A stretch of DNA of 64,000 bases from an uncultured Verrucomicrobiae bacterium (GCA_963827205.1 CAWHAH010000004.1:192241-256240); one strand, 5' to 3'. Positions 30,498 to 40,608 are shown, counted from the stretch's first letter. Program-made: numbers and translations. The notes: generated from the letters alone by a model not told the origin.

Positions 30498-31499
30498 ATG
30501 ACGATTGAGAAAAATCCATTGCCTGCAGAAGGTCAACGTTCAGCGAACGATGTGGGGTGCCCGACGCTGCCTCGGTCGGGAGAGGGCAAGCTCTTCATCA
30601 TCTCGGGCCGGTGTGGCCGCCTGGGAAATCGCATCATCCTGTTCGCCAATTTCATTGCCTTGGCGGAGGAGCAGGGACATCGCGTTTCCAATCCCACATT
30701 CCATTCCTACGCCCAATTCTTTGAAGCGACGCGGGACGACATCTATTGCCGTTATCCCCGCGCCACGCGAAAAAGCTGGTGGGACATCATTCCCGGCGTG
30801 GGCGGCGCTGTCCGCGGCACGCGCCTCTTTTTTCGACTGGCCCGTGTGTTCGGCGTGTGGAATGAGCGTCATCCGGTTTTCGGAAGGAGCATCTTTACGT
30901 TGCGCGAAACTCCGGCGCAGCCAATCACGGCGCTCGACGGCCCGGAGGTCCAGGCCAAAATCCGCGACGCCCGGGTCATTTTCGTGAACGGCTGGAATTT
31001 TCGGGCACCCGAACTCGTTAAGCGTCATGCGGAGAAAATAAGGTCCTATTTCCGGCCGATTGCGGAGATTGAGCAAGCCAGCCGACAGGCGGTGGAGCAA
31101 CTCCAGCGGCAGGCGGACGTGGTCATGGGGGTTCACGTCCGCCATGGTGACTATCGCACGTGGAACGGAGGCAAATGCTTCTTCCCGGCTTCACAATACG
31201 CAGATTGGATGAAGGGACTGGCGGAACAATTTCCGGGTCGCAAAGTGGCCTTTTTTGTGTGTAGTGACGAGCCCCGCCTTGAACACGAATTCCCGGGGTT
31301 GCGCGTGGGCCTTGGCGCCGGCTCGGCCGTGGGCGACCTGTGCGCGCTGGCCCGGTGCGATTACATTTTGGGGCCGGTAAGCACTTTTTCGATGTGGGCC
31401 TCGTTTTACGGGAACAAGCCACTGTTCCTCATCCGCGACGGCGCAGCCCGGATCGAGCGGAGCGAGTTTCGCGTCTCGGACCTGCGCGAAATACCCTGA
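30498..31499 (+). CDS. Putative alpha-1,2-fucosyltransferase-like glycosyltransferase (GT11-like motifs)
   Basis: GVHVRHGDY (HxRRGDY-type motif), FFVCSDEP, and DLCALARCDYILGPVSTFSMWASFYG (compare the SNSTFSWW motif). Family call is from motifs only. Confidence 0.65.
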   Translation: MTIEKNPLPAEGQRSANDVGCPTLPRSGEGKLFIISGRCGRLGNRIILFANFIALAEEQGHRVSNPTFHSYAQFFEATRDDIYCRYPRATRKSWWDIIPGVGGAVRGTRLFFRLARVFGVWNERHPVFGRSIFTLRETPAQPITALDGPEVQAKIRDARVIFVNGWNFRAPELVKRHAEKIRSYFRPIAEIEQASRQAVEQLQRQADVVMGVHVRHGDYRTWNGGKCFFPASQYADWMKGLAEQFPGRKVAFFVCSDEPRLEHEFPGLRVGLGAGSAVGDLCALARCDYILGPVSTFSMWASFYGNKPLFLIRDGAARIERSEFRVSDLREIP

Positions 31500-31631
31500 T
31501 GGCGCCGAAAGTGACTCGCCGACACTTATTTTTCGGCGGTTGCCACCGAAGTGCGAATGTCAACCATAAGTCGCACTGTTGTTTGAATTAAAACACTTGA
31601 TGTGACGGACGTTGTTGTGTTACGCAACGTT

Positions 31632-32663
31632 ATGCGTGCGTTCGGGGTAGTCATTCCGACCAAAAACTCGATGCACTATCTGCCCAATCACGTGCAGAAC
31701 CTGTCCACGTGGATTGACCTGGCGGAGCAGGTGGTGGTTGTGGACAGCTTCTCCAAAGACGGAACGGTGGATTTCCTCAAGAGCAATTTGCACCACTCGA
31801 ACATTCATTTTGTGAAGCATCCGCCGGGTTTGTATGCTTCTTGGAATTACGGCATCCGCCAGTTGACGACCGAGTATTGCTACATCTCAACGGTGGGCGA
31901 TTCATTGACCCGGGCCGGAGCGGAGCATTTGGTTACCACGGCCAGACGCTTGCAATGTGATGTGCTGGTCAGCCGGCCCGATTTTGTGAACGAAGCCGGC
32001 CGGGCGTGTAAGGGTCCGGAATGGCCAATGGATGATGTCATCAAGCGGTTACGATTGCGCGCACCATGCCGATTGCACCCAACCATCATGGTAGCCGCCG
32101 CACTAACGCATACCGGCGGCGCAATTACAGGAAGTTGTGCGAGCGACCTGTTCCGCACCGCCACACTGCAAAAATATCCTTTTCCCTTGGATTTTGGCGT
32201 GGCGGGTGACGCGGCTTGGAATTTGGACAATGTTGGACGTGTCATTTGGGCGGCCACTCCGGAAAAAGTGACCACCTTCCGCCGGCATCACCCAACCGCC
32301 TCCACCGGGGAAATCAAAATGGGTCAAGTCGCCAGCAACTTCGCCCCCAGGGCGAACAAGGTTGTCAACGAATGGCTGCAATCCTGCCCGGCCGGGGTTC
32401 CGATGGAAATTTGCGCGGACATAAAACAGCTTTTAGCCGTCTCGATCGAATACGAGCGCTCCTGCCACCGATCCAATGTCTTCCGAAAGAGCAAATGGCC
32501 TTGGATTCTTAATCCCCGAGCCTGGTTGGCCCGGACCCGGCGCTACGAATTAAAATCACAGGTCAATGGCCTGATGCAAAAAATTTGCGATCAAAGTCGC
32601 CACGATTGGCGGGCCGGCTCCAGCCGTCAGCCCTTCAGTTTCTTGGCGGCAAATGGCGCGTAA
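31632..32663 (+). CDS. Glycosyltransferase family 2
   Basis: FGVVIPTKNSMHYLPNHVQNL...VVVVDSFSKDGTVDFL is a GT-A N-terminus. ATG 31632 is preferred over GTG 31602. Confidence 0.8.
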   Translation: MRAFGVVIPTKNSMHYLPNHVQNLSTWIDLAEQVVVVDSFSKDGTVDFLKSNLHHSNIHFVKHPPGLYASWNYGIRQLTTEYCYISTVGDSLTRAGAEHLVTTARRLQCDVLVSRPDFVNEAGRACKGPEWPMDDVIKRLRLRAPCRLHPTIMVAAALTHTGGAITGSCASDLFRTATLQKYPFPLDFGVAGDAAWNLDNVGRVIWAATPEKVTTFRRHHPTASTGEIKMGQVASNFAPRANKVVNEWLQSCPAGVPMEICADIKQLLAVSIEYERSCHRSNVFRKSKWPWILNPRAWLARTRRYELKSQVNGLMQKICDQSRHDWRAGSSRQPFSFLAANGA

Positions 32664-32751
32664 GGCGCACGACATCTTTGCTGCAAGCCGGGCTTTTCGT
32701 TCCTGATCCGGCTACACCGGGTTGGGTTTTGTTTTGAGATTGCTGGTTGGA

Positions 32752-33870
32752 TCAGGCGGCCACGGCTTTGTAAATCTTGATGGTATCACTCGCGGTTTTG
32801 CTCCATTGGAAGCGGGCGGCCCAAGCCAAGCCACGGTTGATCCATTCCTGCCGCTGATCACTACCCAGGTTGCAAACCTTCAACATTCCCTCAGTCATGC
32901 TTTCGATGGAGCGGGGGTCAATCATGATGGCCGCCCTTCCGGTCACCTCGGTCAGACTGGACGTGTCCGAGACGATGGCGAGCGAGCCGCAAGCCATTGC
33001 TTCCAGCGGAGGAATTCCAAAGCCTTCATACAGTGAAGGGTAAACCAGTGCCAGGGAACAGCGATAAAGTTTGGCCAGGTGAGGGTCCGGAATCAGCCCG
33101 GTATTTTTGACCCGACCGTCAATTTTCAACTCGCTGATCAATTTGCTTTCCACAGGGTCGAAATTTGGGCCGACCACGCAAAGCTCCAGCTCCGTCCATT
33201 TTTCTGCCGCTCGGGCAAAGGCTTGCAACAGCGGGGCAAAGTTTTTGTACCTGGCCTTGCGGGCGCCAACAAACAGAAAGTAAGGACGTTCGGGAACCGG
33301 CTCATCGCCCAGCGACATTTCCCGTGAAAGCTCCGGGGCCAGCGGGGTAACAAACACGCGTTTTTCGGAAACGGGAATGCGCTCCAACAAATCCCTCCGC
33401 GTATTTTCTGACACGCAGATGACCGCGTCCGCCGATTCAACCGCTTTTCGTTTGACTTTGGCATCATGGCTTTTGGGATCCAGCTCCTCGCTGTAAATCT
33501 CCGGAATCATGTCATGAACGGTCAGAACAAACGGAGCATCGCGTTTGGTTTGGCTTTCCAACGCCAGGGAACCATGATGCACGGAGTGAACAAGGCTGAA
33601 ATCTTTCCTGGATTCAATTCGGGCAAAGTATCTTTTGGCGGCCCAATTGAAGAGTTTCTTTGGACGCAGGTATGGAACCGGAAAACGCTTCAGTACCAGG
33701 TTGGGATGAGTTGGAAATCTCAACTGCCGATATTCGGATGGTTTCGCGTTGCGCACCGTGACGACCGGCGTCCAATCATCCGGCAATCCATTGACAATAT
33801 TTGCCAGATAGCGGCTAATCCCTCCTACAGGTTGCATGCGATATACATGCCCGTCGTAAAGGATTTTCAT
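32752..33870 (-). CDS. Glycosyltransferase family 4
   Basis: MKILYDGHVY...ALVYPSLYEGFGIPPLEAMACGSLAIVSDTSSLTEV. ATG 33870 is preferred over TTG 33897. Confidence 0.9.
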   Translation of the reverse strand: MKILYDGHVYRMQPVGGISRYLANIVNGLPDDWTPVVTVRNAKPSEYRQLRFPTHPNLVLKRFPVPYLRPKKLFNWAAKRYFARIESRKDFSLVHSVHHGSLALESQTKRDAPFVLTVHDMIPEIYSEELDPKSHDAKVKRKAVESADAVICVSENTRRDLLERIPVSEKRVFVTPLAPELSREMSLGDEPVPERPYFLFVGARKARYKNFAPLLQAFARAAEKWTELELCVVGPNFDPVESKLISELKIDGRVKNTGLIPDPHLAKLYRCSLALVYPSLYEGFGIPPLEAMACGSLAIVSDTSSLTEVTGRAAIMIDPRSIESMTEGMLKVCNLGSDQRQEWINRGLAWAARFQWSKTASDTIKIYKAVAA

Positions 33871-33962
33871 TCGGCCATTGGATTTTTTTGCGGTCAAGCT
33901 CTAAGATTGATCCCCGACAACTTCCATTTTTCTATGGTACGACTGAATGGATTTTTTGGAAA

Positions 33963-35003
33963 TTATTTTCCAGGATCATTTTGAGCCAAGATCTGCAATA
34001 CTCCCGATACACTGACTTTGAATTCCATCCGGCGGTCGTCAGTCCGGGATACACCACCCGTCCGCTGGCCAATAACGGCAACGTGACGCAATCCGCAGGC
34101 GGCAGCCAGATTTTTGTAGGTGGGGCGGACGACGTCAGGATGAAACATTTCAACGAGCAACGCATTGGCCGGCGCGAAAGCCAGATTCGTCAATCCCGCT
34201 CCGTGCGAGGCCACCACGCATTCTGCCGAACCGAACAACCTCGCCTGCTCTGCCACAGGCAGCCGCTCCGGCTGGACGGAGACGAAGCCCAAAGACTGAA
34301 GCTGCGTTTCCAATTCAGCTTCATTGATCAGCCGACGCTTTTGTATGCAGCGACGTGAAAGGTAAATCCGTTCTGGGCCGCCGCATCGGTCGGGGAAAAG
34401 TGAGCGCAGCCATTCACACGCCCACGGCGCAACTTGCCGCAGGGGATAAGGCATGGTCGGCACAACCAGCCGCTCAAATTGATGCACAAAATTCTTCGAG
34501 CAGCGCAGGCGTTTTTTCACCGGTACTTTCAGTCGGTCCAATATTTCGTCTTGAAAATGCGCCGTTCGGCTGTGCAACAAAACGTAATCGTAATCTTCAT
34601 AATTTGCCGCTCGCAGCAGTTCCCAGCGCGGCAGGGTGTCCAGCAGCCAGTGATAATAATTATCGCCGTTGTCCGCACCCAAAAGCAGCGCCTTGCCGCG
34701 CCAGTATTTCGGAATGCGAAAGCGTCGCCGCCACAGCGCATAATGATTTTGCAGGGCGTCACAACCGACCACGGTTTGGATGCCGCCAATCACCACGTCA
34801 TCTTGGGTGGCTGCCAGCCGCAAATCACCGATGATTTTGCCGCTGGCCAGTTCGGCGACAATCAATGGATGCGGCCCGGAATTTTTTCCACTGACGGCGA
34901 GGGTCACATCGCTTTTCTTGAGCACCTGGCTCGATAACGGCAGGGCTTCCAGCGACGAAACCACGCCCTTCGGTTGCCAGAAAAACGGGAAAGCGGATCG
35001 CAT
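33963..35003 (-). CDS. Glycosyltransferase 61 / DUF563 family protein (intact paralogue)
   Basis: DNYYHWLLDTLPRWELL and VVASHGAGLTNLAFAP motifs. ATG 35003 corresponds to the ATG of the decayed paralogue. Confidence 0.85.
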   Translation of the reverse strand: MRSAFPFFWQPKGVVSSLEALPLSSQVLKKSDVTLAVSGKNSGPHPLIVAELASGKIIGDLRLAATQDDVVIGGIQTVVGCDALQNHYALWRRRFRIPKYWRGKALLLGADNGDNYYHWLLDTLPRWELLRAANYEDYDYVLLHSRTAHFQDEILDRLKVPVKKRLRCSKNFVHQFERLVVPTMPYPLRQVAPWACEWLRSLFPDRCGGPERIYLSRRCIQKRRLINEAELETQLQSLGFVSVQPERLPVAEQARLFGSAECVVASHGAGLTNLAFAPANALLVEMFHPDVVRPTYKNLAAACGLRHVAVIGQRTGGVSRTDDRRMEFKVSVSGVLQILAQNDPGK

Positions 35004-35185
35004 TGGCGGTGCGGAGTTTTCAGTGGTGCGGGAATTCAAAGCCGCATTCTTTGCCGGACATGGAATCCTGCATGGCCGGAAGCATCGGTTTTCAAACGGA
35101 CTTTTGTCAATCTAATTGCCATGCGCGAGTGCCATGCGCGAGATTCCAGCTTGTCCCTGCCGACTGCCACGCTACGCTTTGGCCG

Positions 35186-36247
35186 ATGGGCACATTTACT
35201 TCCGGCAATTTTTTCCAACGCACGCACCAAGCTCGCAAGGTCATGTTTTTCGGCCTGGGCTTTCTGGGAGACATGGTTCATTCGCTGCCGGCGTTGTGGA
35301 TGGTGCGCCGGGCCTACCCGCAGGCGCAACTGCATGTCGGCATCGCCGCGCACGTCGCATCGTTCCTGGAATGCGCGCCGTGGGTGGACCGCATCTGGGG
35401 CTACCCGCGTTTTCCCAAACACGCTTCACTGAGGGAAAACCTGGACTTTGTCAGACGAATGCGCCGCGAGCGCTTTGACGCGCTCATCAACCTCAACGGC
35501 TCGGACCGTTCGAGCTGGCTGACGTTTTTCAGCGGTGCGCGCGAACGGCTGGGGCGGGCGCCAAATGGTGGCGCAACGTTTTTCTGGCGGCACCGGTTTA
35601 CGGAAACTGTATGGCATCCGTATTCGCCGGAGCCGGTTTACGTGCAATATTGCCGTTGCTTGGAGAAAGTTGGATTTCCGGCTACGCCGCCGGAGTTTCA
35701 CGTTGAAATCAAACCGGCGCATCTGGCAGCGGCAAAAATCAGCTTGGCAGACACCGGCACTTATTTTCATCTCAGCCCGTTCACCACGGACGACCGCAGG
35801 GAATTGCCACCGGCGCAACTCGCGGAACTGATTGCCCGTTTGCAGGAGCATTGGCCTGACAAAAAACTGGTGCTTTCCTGCGCGCCTACCGACCGCGAGC
35901 GTGGCAAAATGGAATTGTTGCTCAAACAATTGCCGTTTGCGCCGTGGCGGGTATTTGCTGGCGAGCCGAATTTGCTGCAACTGGCTGCGGTCATTCAGCA
36001 CAGCGCGGCGCATCTTTGCGGTAACACGGGCACGCTGCATATCGCAATGATGACCGGCACACCCACCGTCTCGTGGTTCCGGCCCAATCCCGGCTCGGAA
36101 GTGTGGATTCCGGTCGGTGAAAAATTCCGGATCATTTTTGCGACCGGCAACAATCCGCACACCGCGTTGCAGGGAATCGAAACGGCCAAATTGCTGGCGG
36201 CAGTTCAAGCCGTGCTAACAATTGCCACGCCGATCCAGGGTCCCTAG
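35186..36247 (+). CDS. Glycosyltransferase family 9 (heptosyltransferase-like)
   Basis: KVMFFGLGFLGDMVHSLPALWMVRRAYP and HLCGNTGTLHIAMMTGTPTVSWF. Start is ATG 35186 or 35243. Confidence 0.88.
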   Translation: MGTFTSGNFFQRTHQARKVMFFGLGFLGDMVHSLPALWMVRRAYPQAQLHVGIAAHVASFLECAPWVDRIWGYPRFPKHASLRENLDFVRRMRRERFDALINLNGSDRSSWLTFFSGARERLGRAPNGGATFFWRHRFTETVWHPYSPEPVYVQYCRCLEKVGFPATPPEFHVEIKPAHLAAAKISLADTGTYFHLSPFTTDDRRELPPAQLAELIARLQEHWPDKKLVLSCAPTDRERGKMELLLKQLPFAPWRVFAGEPNLLQLAAVIQHSAAHLCGNTGTLHIAMMTGTPTVSWFRPNPGSEVWIPVGEKFRIIFATGNNPHTALQGIETAKLLAAVQAVLTIATPIQGP

Positions 36248-36588
36248 AAATACGATCTGGAGGGCATCGTAAAGTTGCTCATCGCGCTGACGTCTCGCCG
36301 CTTCAGTTCCGTTGGCGCCTGTGGTTGCGCCACCGGTTCGCGCTGGACCAATTTCTTCAACCTCGCGTCCTCGGCGAGTTTCTTGTCCGCTTCCTTCAAG
36401 TTCTGTGCCCGTGATCTGTGCGAGCTGGCCACACCCGGCCAAAATGTGTGCTGGCGGGAACGCAGGCAGGTCTGCGCGGCCAGCCAGCGGACATGGTACT
36501 GCCACGATAAAATGGAAAGCCGCGAAAACATTTTGCTGACCCAACTCAAATCCATCAGTGGTGGCCGGTTTGCATTGTCTGTGTCCAT
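36244..36588 (-). CDS. Hypothetical 114-aa protein (weak call)
   Basis: This is the only frame in the 400-nt gap with GC-rich third positions. No recognisable motif. It lies downstream of the ATP-grasp gene on the same strand. Confidence 0.25.
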   Translation of the reverse strand: MDTDNANRPPLMDLSWVSKMFSRLSILSWQYHVRWLAAQTCLRSRQHTFWPGVASSHRSRAQNLKEADKKLAEDARLKKLVQREPVAQPQAPTELKRRDVSAMSNFTMPSRSYF

Positions 36589-36650
36589 GCCATCGCCGGG
36601 TCAATTTCCTGATGTTACGCCGGTTCGTGACACCGGGCTAAGCGGTAAAT

Positions 36651-37556
36651 TTACTGGTCCAGCAACCGGTCAAATGATTTCGCCAGACGTTCCAAGGCAA
36701 TCTTGCTTTCGCGTTCGGGCAGGCCGTTCGGAGGTCCATGGGGAGTATGATTGACGTCCACCACATAGATGCGTTGGTCTTTGTCTCTCAACACATCAAA
36801 TTCTCCATAATCAATGCCCATTTTTCCGGCCAGCAAAAGAACGTTGTCCAATTCCTTTGGTGAAAGCACCGCGTCCGGCTCTGCCAGTTTTACAAGGGTG
36901 TTGACATTGGAAAACCGTGTCTCAATTGGGCGATACTTGAGATACACAAGCGGGATCCGGTCGCCGTGCACCGGCACGCGATGGTCCAGCACGAGGCCCT
37001 TTTCCCCCGAGAGGTTGTCGATCACTTTTTGATGCACACATGCGGAGCGAACCTCGTCCGGGGCGAGCGGACCTTGCCGTACGCGGCCGTCGTGCGTGGC
37101 GTTGTGGTTGGATTTTTCGACAAGCTCGCTGCCATATTGCGTGGGATCGACTTCGATCGCGTAACCGAAGACTTCCGTGAACGCTTTGGCGAGCGAGCGT
37201 TTGCTGATATCCAGGCTCTGGCCGTTGATGATCTTCCTTGTGGTTGCCGAAAGGCTTTGCAATTCCGCCGCGTCGCAAAAGGTGGCGTCCTTGAGCTTGA
37301 AGGCAACGTCAAAGCGGCGGCGCGGATTGTTCGTGATGGCGAACCCGAGCAGGGCGCACAGTTTGTAGGCGACGGAGCCGGTATTCGGGCGTTCGGGAAA
37401 AAAGAGGATGGTTTTTCGCGGACGCAACACTGAGCGGAGAGTGGTGAACGGATGTTCTTCAGCGGCAAACTTCCGGCGCAAGAGAAAATGACGGCGGACA
37501 TCCCGGAATTGCTCGCGGCGATCCCGCCATGCCTTCTTCAGTAATGAACTTGACAT
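36651..37556 (-). CDS. ATP-grasp fold protein (putative amide or peptide ligase)
   Basis: LVEKSNHNATHDGRV...VHQKVID...DHRVPVHGDRIPLVYLKYRP...NVLLLAGKMGIDYGEFDVLRDKDQRIYVVDVNHTP follows the RimK/ATP-grasp strand order. Call is by eye. Confidence 0.65.
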   Translation of the reverse strand: MSSSLLKKAWRDRREQFRDVRRHFLLRRKFAAEEHPFTTLRSVLRPRKTILFFPERPNTGSVAYKLCALLGFAITNNPRRRFDVAFKLKDATFCDAAELQSLSATTRKIINGQSLDISKRSLAKAFTEVFGYAIEVDPTQYGSELVEKSNHNATHDGRVRQGPLAPDEVRSACVHQKVIDNLSGEKGLVLDHRVPVHGDRIPLVYLKYRPIETRFSNVNTLVKLAEPDAVLSPKELDNVLLLAGKMGIDYGEFDVLRDKDQRIYVVDVNHTPHGPPNGLPERESKIALERLAKSFDRLLDQ

Positions 37557-37565
37557 GACTTTTGC

Positions 37566-38470
37566 CTAAAGAGTCTCAGCCATTTGAGGCAGCCGTGCCA
37601 GCAGATGATTTTTCAATTCGGGAATGCGATCATATTGGTGCAACACCGGGACTGGCGCACCTGTTTCATTCACTACGAAGCCCTCTTGGTTCAACTGCAC
37701 CTGGTCCCAGCGCATCATGCCCAGGGTGAGCACCGGCGCGCGGCGATTTGGGTGAACCACGCCGTTGGGCAGCAGCTTTTCCAACAGGAGGTAATTATGA
37801 ATGCCCTGGTCGCCGCCGTATATTTTCGCCAGGTTCCTGGCCTTCATCATCGTGGCGACCATGCATTCAAGATACTTGAGGGTGCTGGCCGTGTCGCCGA
37901 AAATGGTGCCGGAACACGTCACGGTTTCCCCGGCGTGCCGTTCCACATAATCCTCCCCGAATTGACAGCCCAGCCAGAGCCGGTGCAGCGGGCAGTGACC
38001 GATCCTCACTTGCGCCTCTTCAAGCACGAAATGAATCCCCGGTTCGGGATTCCACGAAAATGGTTCGATTTGAAAATAAACATCCTTGGCGTCGGTGAGC
38101 ATCACACGATCAAAGCGCTCGCCGTGTTCGCGCAGATATTGCAAATACAACAGGTATCGGCGGTAACGAACGTGCAGCACGCGATGGGCGAGTTTTTCCT
38201 TGGCGGCCTGCGAGGCGCGGCTTGAAAAATACCACTGCCACAACGGCCACAGCCGCGCCAGCGGTTGGCGTTCGCCCTTGCCAAAAAAATGGAACGGCAC
38301 AACCGTGGCTTCGAGTTCGCGAAGTTTTGCGCAGACCTCGTCTCCCACGGCACTGGCAAATACCACCAGGTGTCCCGTGTAGCCGGCGTGCTTCAGGAAC
38401 AAACGAACGGTGCGATATTGGCGAAGTCTGCTCGGTGCAGGATTGTCAGGATCACGTCTCTATCGGGCAT
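37566..38470 (-). CDS. Hypothetical protein, possible nucleotide-diphospho-sugar transferase; N-terminus split by a frameshift at a T3 run (38401-38403)
   Basis: ATG 38470 gives MPDRDVILTILHRADFANIAPFV, then a stop. Adding one T joins it to (L)FLKHAGYTGHLVVF... of ORF 37566-38402. MLTDAKDVYFQ is DxD-like. Confidence 0.6.
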
Positions 38471-38476
38471 AAACAG

Positions 38477-39498
38477 TTATCCGCCCCCAGCCAGGAGGCG
38501 CAATACGTCTGCGATTTCGATTGTGAATTCGGCGTCCCGACGGTTGTGAGCGGCCAGTCCGCGCGCACGCGCTCCGACCAGCGACGTATAATGCAAACCT
38601 CGGGCCAGAGCCAGGTGTTTGTAGCAAGGAGTTTGATTTTCGGGATGAAGCAGCTCGATCACCTTTGCGCCACGCGGCGCAAATACCAAGTTCGCGAGGC
38701 GGCGCCGTGTGGAGCCACCACATACCGGGCTGCACCAACCAATTTGGCCTGTTCGGCGACAGACAAAAGTTCCGGCTGGACGCAGGCAAACCCCAACGCC
38801 GCCAACTGCGTTTCCAGTTCCGTTTCGTTCACCAGTCGCCGCCGCTTGGTGCCGTGCCGCGAAAGGTAGATTTTTTCCGGACTGGAATTTCCCTCCGGGA
38901 AGAGCGAGCGCACCCATTCCGCACGCCCAAGGCGCGACCTGCCACAGCGGCGCGGGCATGGCCGGCACCACGAGCCGTTCAAATTGGTGGACAAAATTCT
39001 TCGAGCAGCGCAGGCGTTTTTCCGGCGGCACTTTCAACCGGTCTAAAATTTCATCTTGAAACCGTGAGGGCCGCCTGTCCAGCAGGACAAAGTCATAATC
39101 CAACCACTTCGCCGCCTGCAACATCTTCCAGCGCGGCAGACTGTCCAGCAGCCAGTGATAGTAATTGTCGCTGCTGGCTGATCCCAAAAGCAAAGCGGTC
39201 CCCTGCCGGTATTTTGGCATCCGCAAACGCCGGCGATGTAACAGATAATGGCTACGCGCTTCCGCGCAGCCGAACAAACTTTGCAGCCCGCCGACCACTA
39301 CATCGTCCGCGGTTGCCACCAAGCGCAGATCGCCGATGATTTTGCCATCGGCCAGTTCGGCAACCGTCAGGTGGTGGTGCCCGGAATCTTTTCCGTTGAC
39401 GGAGAATGAAACATCACTTTGTGCCGGTGCGCTGCCCAAGGCAGAAAGTCTTCCAGCGACGAAACCACGCCGCTTGGCAGCCAGAGAAAAGGATGCAT
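38477..39498 (-). pseudogene. GT61/DUF563 paralogue with three frameshifts (about 39440, 38920, 38700)
   Basis: Homology to 33963-35003 jumps between frames. MHPFLWLPSGVVSSLEDFLP is in frame A. LGSAPAQSDVSFSVNGK...APWAC is in frame B. EWVRSLFPEGNSSPEKIYLSR...VVAPHGA is in frame C. LANLVFAPRGAKVIELLHP returns to frame B. Confidence 0.8.
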
Positions 39499-39667
39499 TA
39501 ATTGCCTCGGCGCGCGAAATTTTTGTACGCTGAGATTCAAGGCCGCCTTTTCACCAACAAATCGTCCGACCATGGCGACCAGAATTGGTTTCCAAGCTTG
39601 TATTTGTCAACTCAAAGCCCAACTTTTTGACTGACGTTCCAGGAAAATTCCGCCAATCTGTTCCCTG

Positions 39668-39835
39668 ATGAAACTGGCCATGATTCCCGAAAAGCAGCGT
39701 CGCGGCACGGAGCAGCGTCGCCAAATCAAGTCACTCCAGACGGTCCTCAGCCTCCGGGACAACCTGGAATCAGAACGCGGGCTGGCAGAGCAGCAGGCGC
39801 CCATTCAAAAGCTGCGGCCAAAATCCAGGTCCTGA
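39668..39835 (+). CDS. Possible 55-aa protein or leader ORF immediately upstream of a GT2 gene
   Basis: Below the track cutoff. MKLAMIPEKQRRGTEQRRQIKSLQTVLSLRDNLESERGLAEQQAPIQKLRPKSRS. Strong G/C third-position bias. The stop is 3 nt before GTG 39839. Confidence 0.3.
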   Translation: MKLAMIPEKQRRGTEQRRQIKSLQTVLSLRDNLESERGLAEQQAPIQKLRPKSRS

Positions 39836-39838
39836 AAC

Positions 39839-40608
39839 GTGCAACCCCTGCCCATCTCTGTTTGCATGATTGCCGGCAACGAGGCGCATCGCATCCGCCG
39901 CGCGCTCGACAGCGTCGCCGGCTGGACCGGCGAAATCATTGTCGTCACCGATCACAACGTGACCGACGGCACGGGTGAAATTGCCGCGTCTTACGGCGCG
40001 AAAGTTTTCTGTGAGCCGTGGCAGGGCCATGCAGCGCACCGGAATTTTGCCTCGGGGAACGCGACCCAGCCGTGGTTGCTGGCCATTGATGCCGACGAAG
40101 TCGTGTCGCCGGCATTGCGCGACGAAATCGTCCGTTTGTTTGAGCTGAACAAATTCAATCCGCCGTGCGCGGCCTACCGTTTTCCGCGCTGCACCTTTTA
40201 CCACGGCCGCTGGATACGCCACGGCGATTGGTATCCCGACCGCAAGGCGCGGCTCTGGCAGCGTGGGCGCGGGCGTTGGGCGGGAAGTCTGCACGAAAAA
40301 CTCATGGTCGAAGGCCGGGTCGAACGGAGCGGGGCGAACTACTGCATCACAGCATGGAATCGCTGGAGCACGAGATGAAAAAGGCCATGCTGTCCGTGGA
40401 TTATTTCGTGCAGGAATGCGCGGCGCGGAAAAAGAGGGTTTATTTCCTTGAAGTCTTGCTCCGTCCGTGGTGGCGTTTCTTCCGCGCCTATTTTTTGCGG
40501 CTCGGTTTTCTCGACGGCTGGCAGGGGTTGGCCATCGCCCGGATCATCGCCATCTACACGTTTCTGCGTTACCTGAAAGTTTATCAGGTGCAGAACGAAA
40601 AAAGCTGA
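39839..40608 (+). CDS. Glycosyltransferase family 2 (LPS-core type), frameshifted at a G4 run (40331-40334)
   Basis: ISVCMIAGNEAHRIRRAL...LLAIDADEVVSP. Frame 1 stops at 40378. Frame 2 continues as ELLHHSMESLEHEMKK...GFLDGWQGLAIARIIAIYTFLRYLK. One extra G restores ...VERSGGELLHHS. Confidence 0.82.

Noticed and set aside
36215-36754. Alternative ORFs in the 36.2-36.7 kb gap: 36215-36604 minus, 36275-36754 plus and 36312-36539 plus.
   Set aside because: They are mutually exclusive and overlapping. Only 36244-36588 (minus) shows third-position GC bias, and even that is kept at low confidence. The others overlap the ATP-grasp gene end or have non-protein-like composition.
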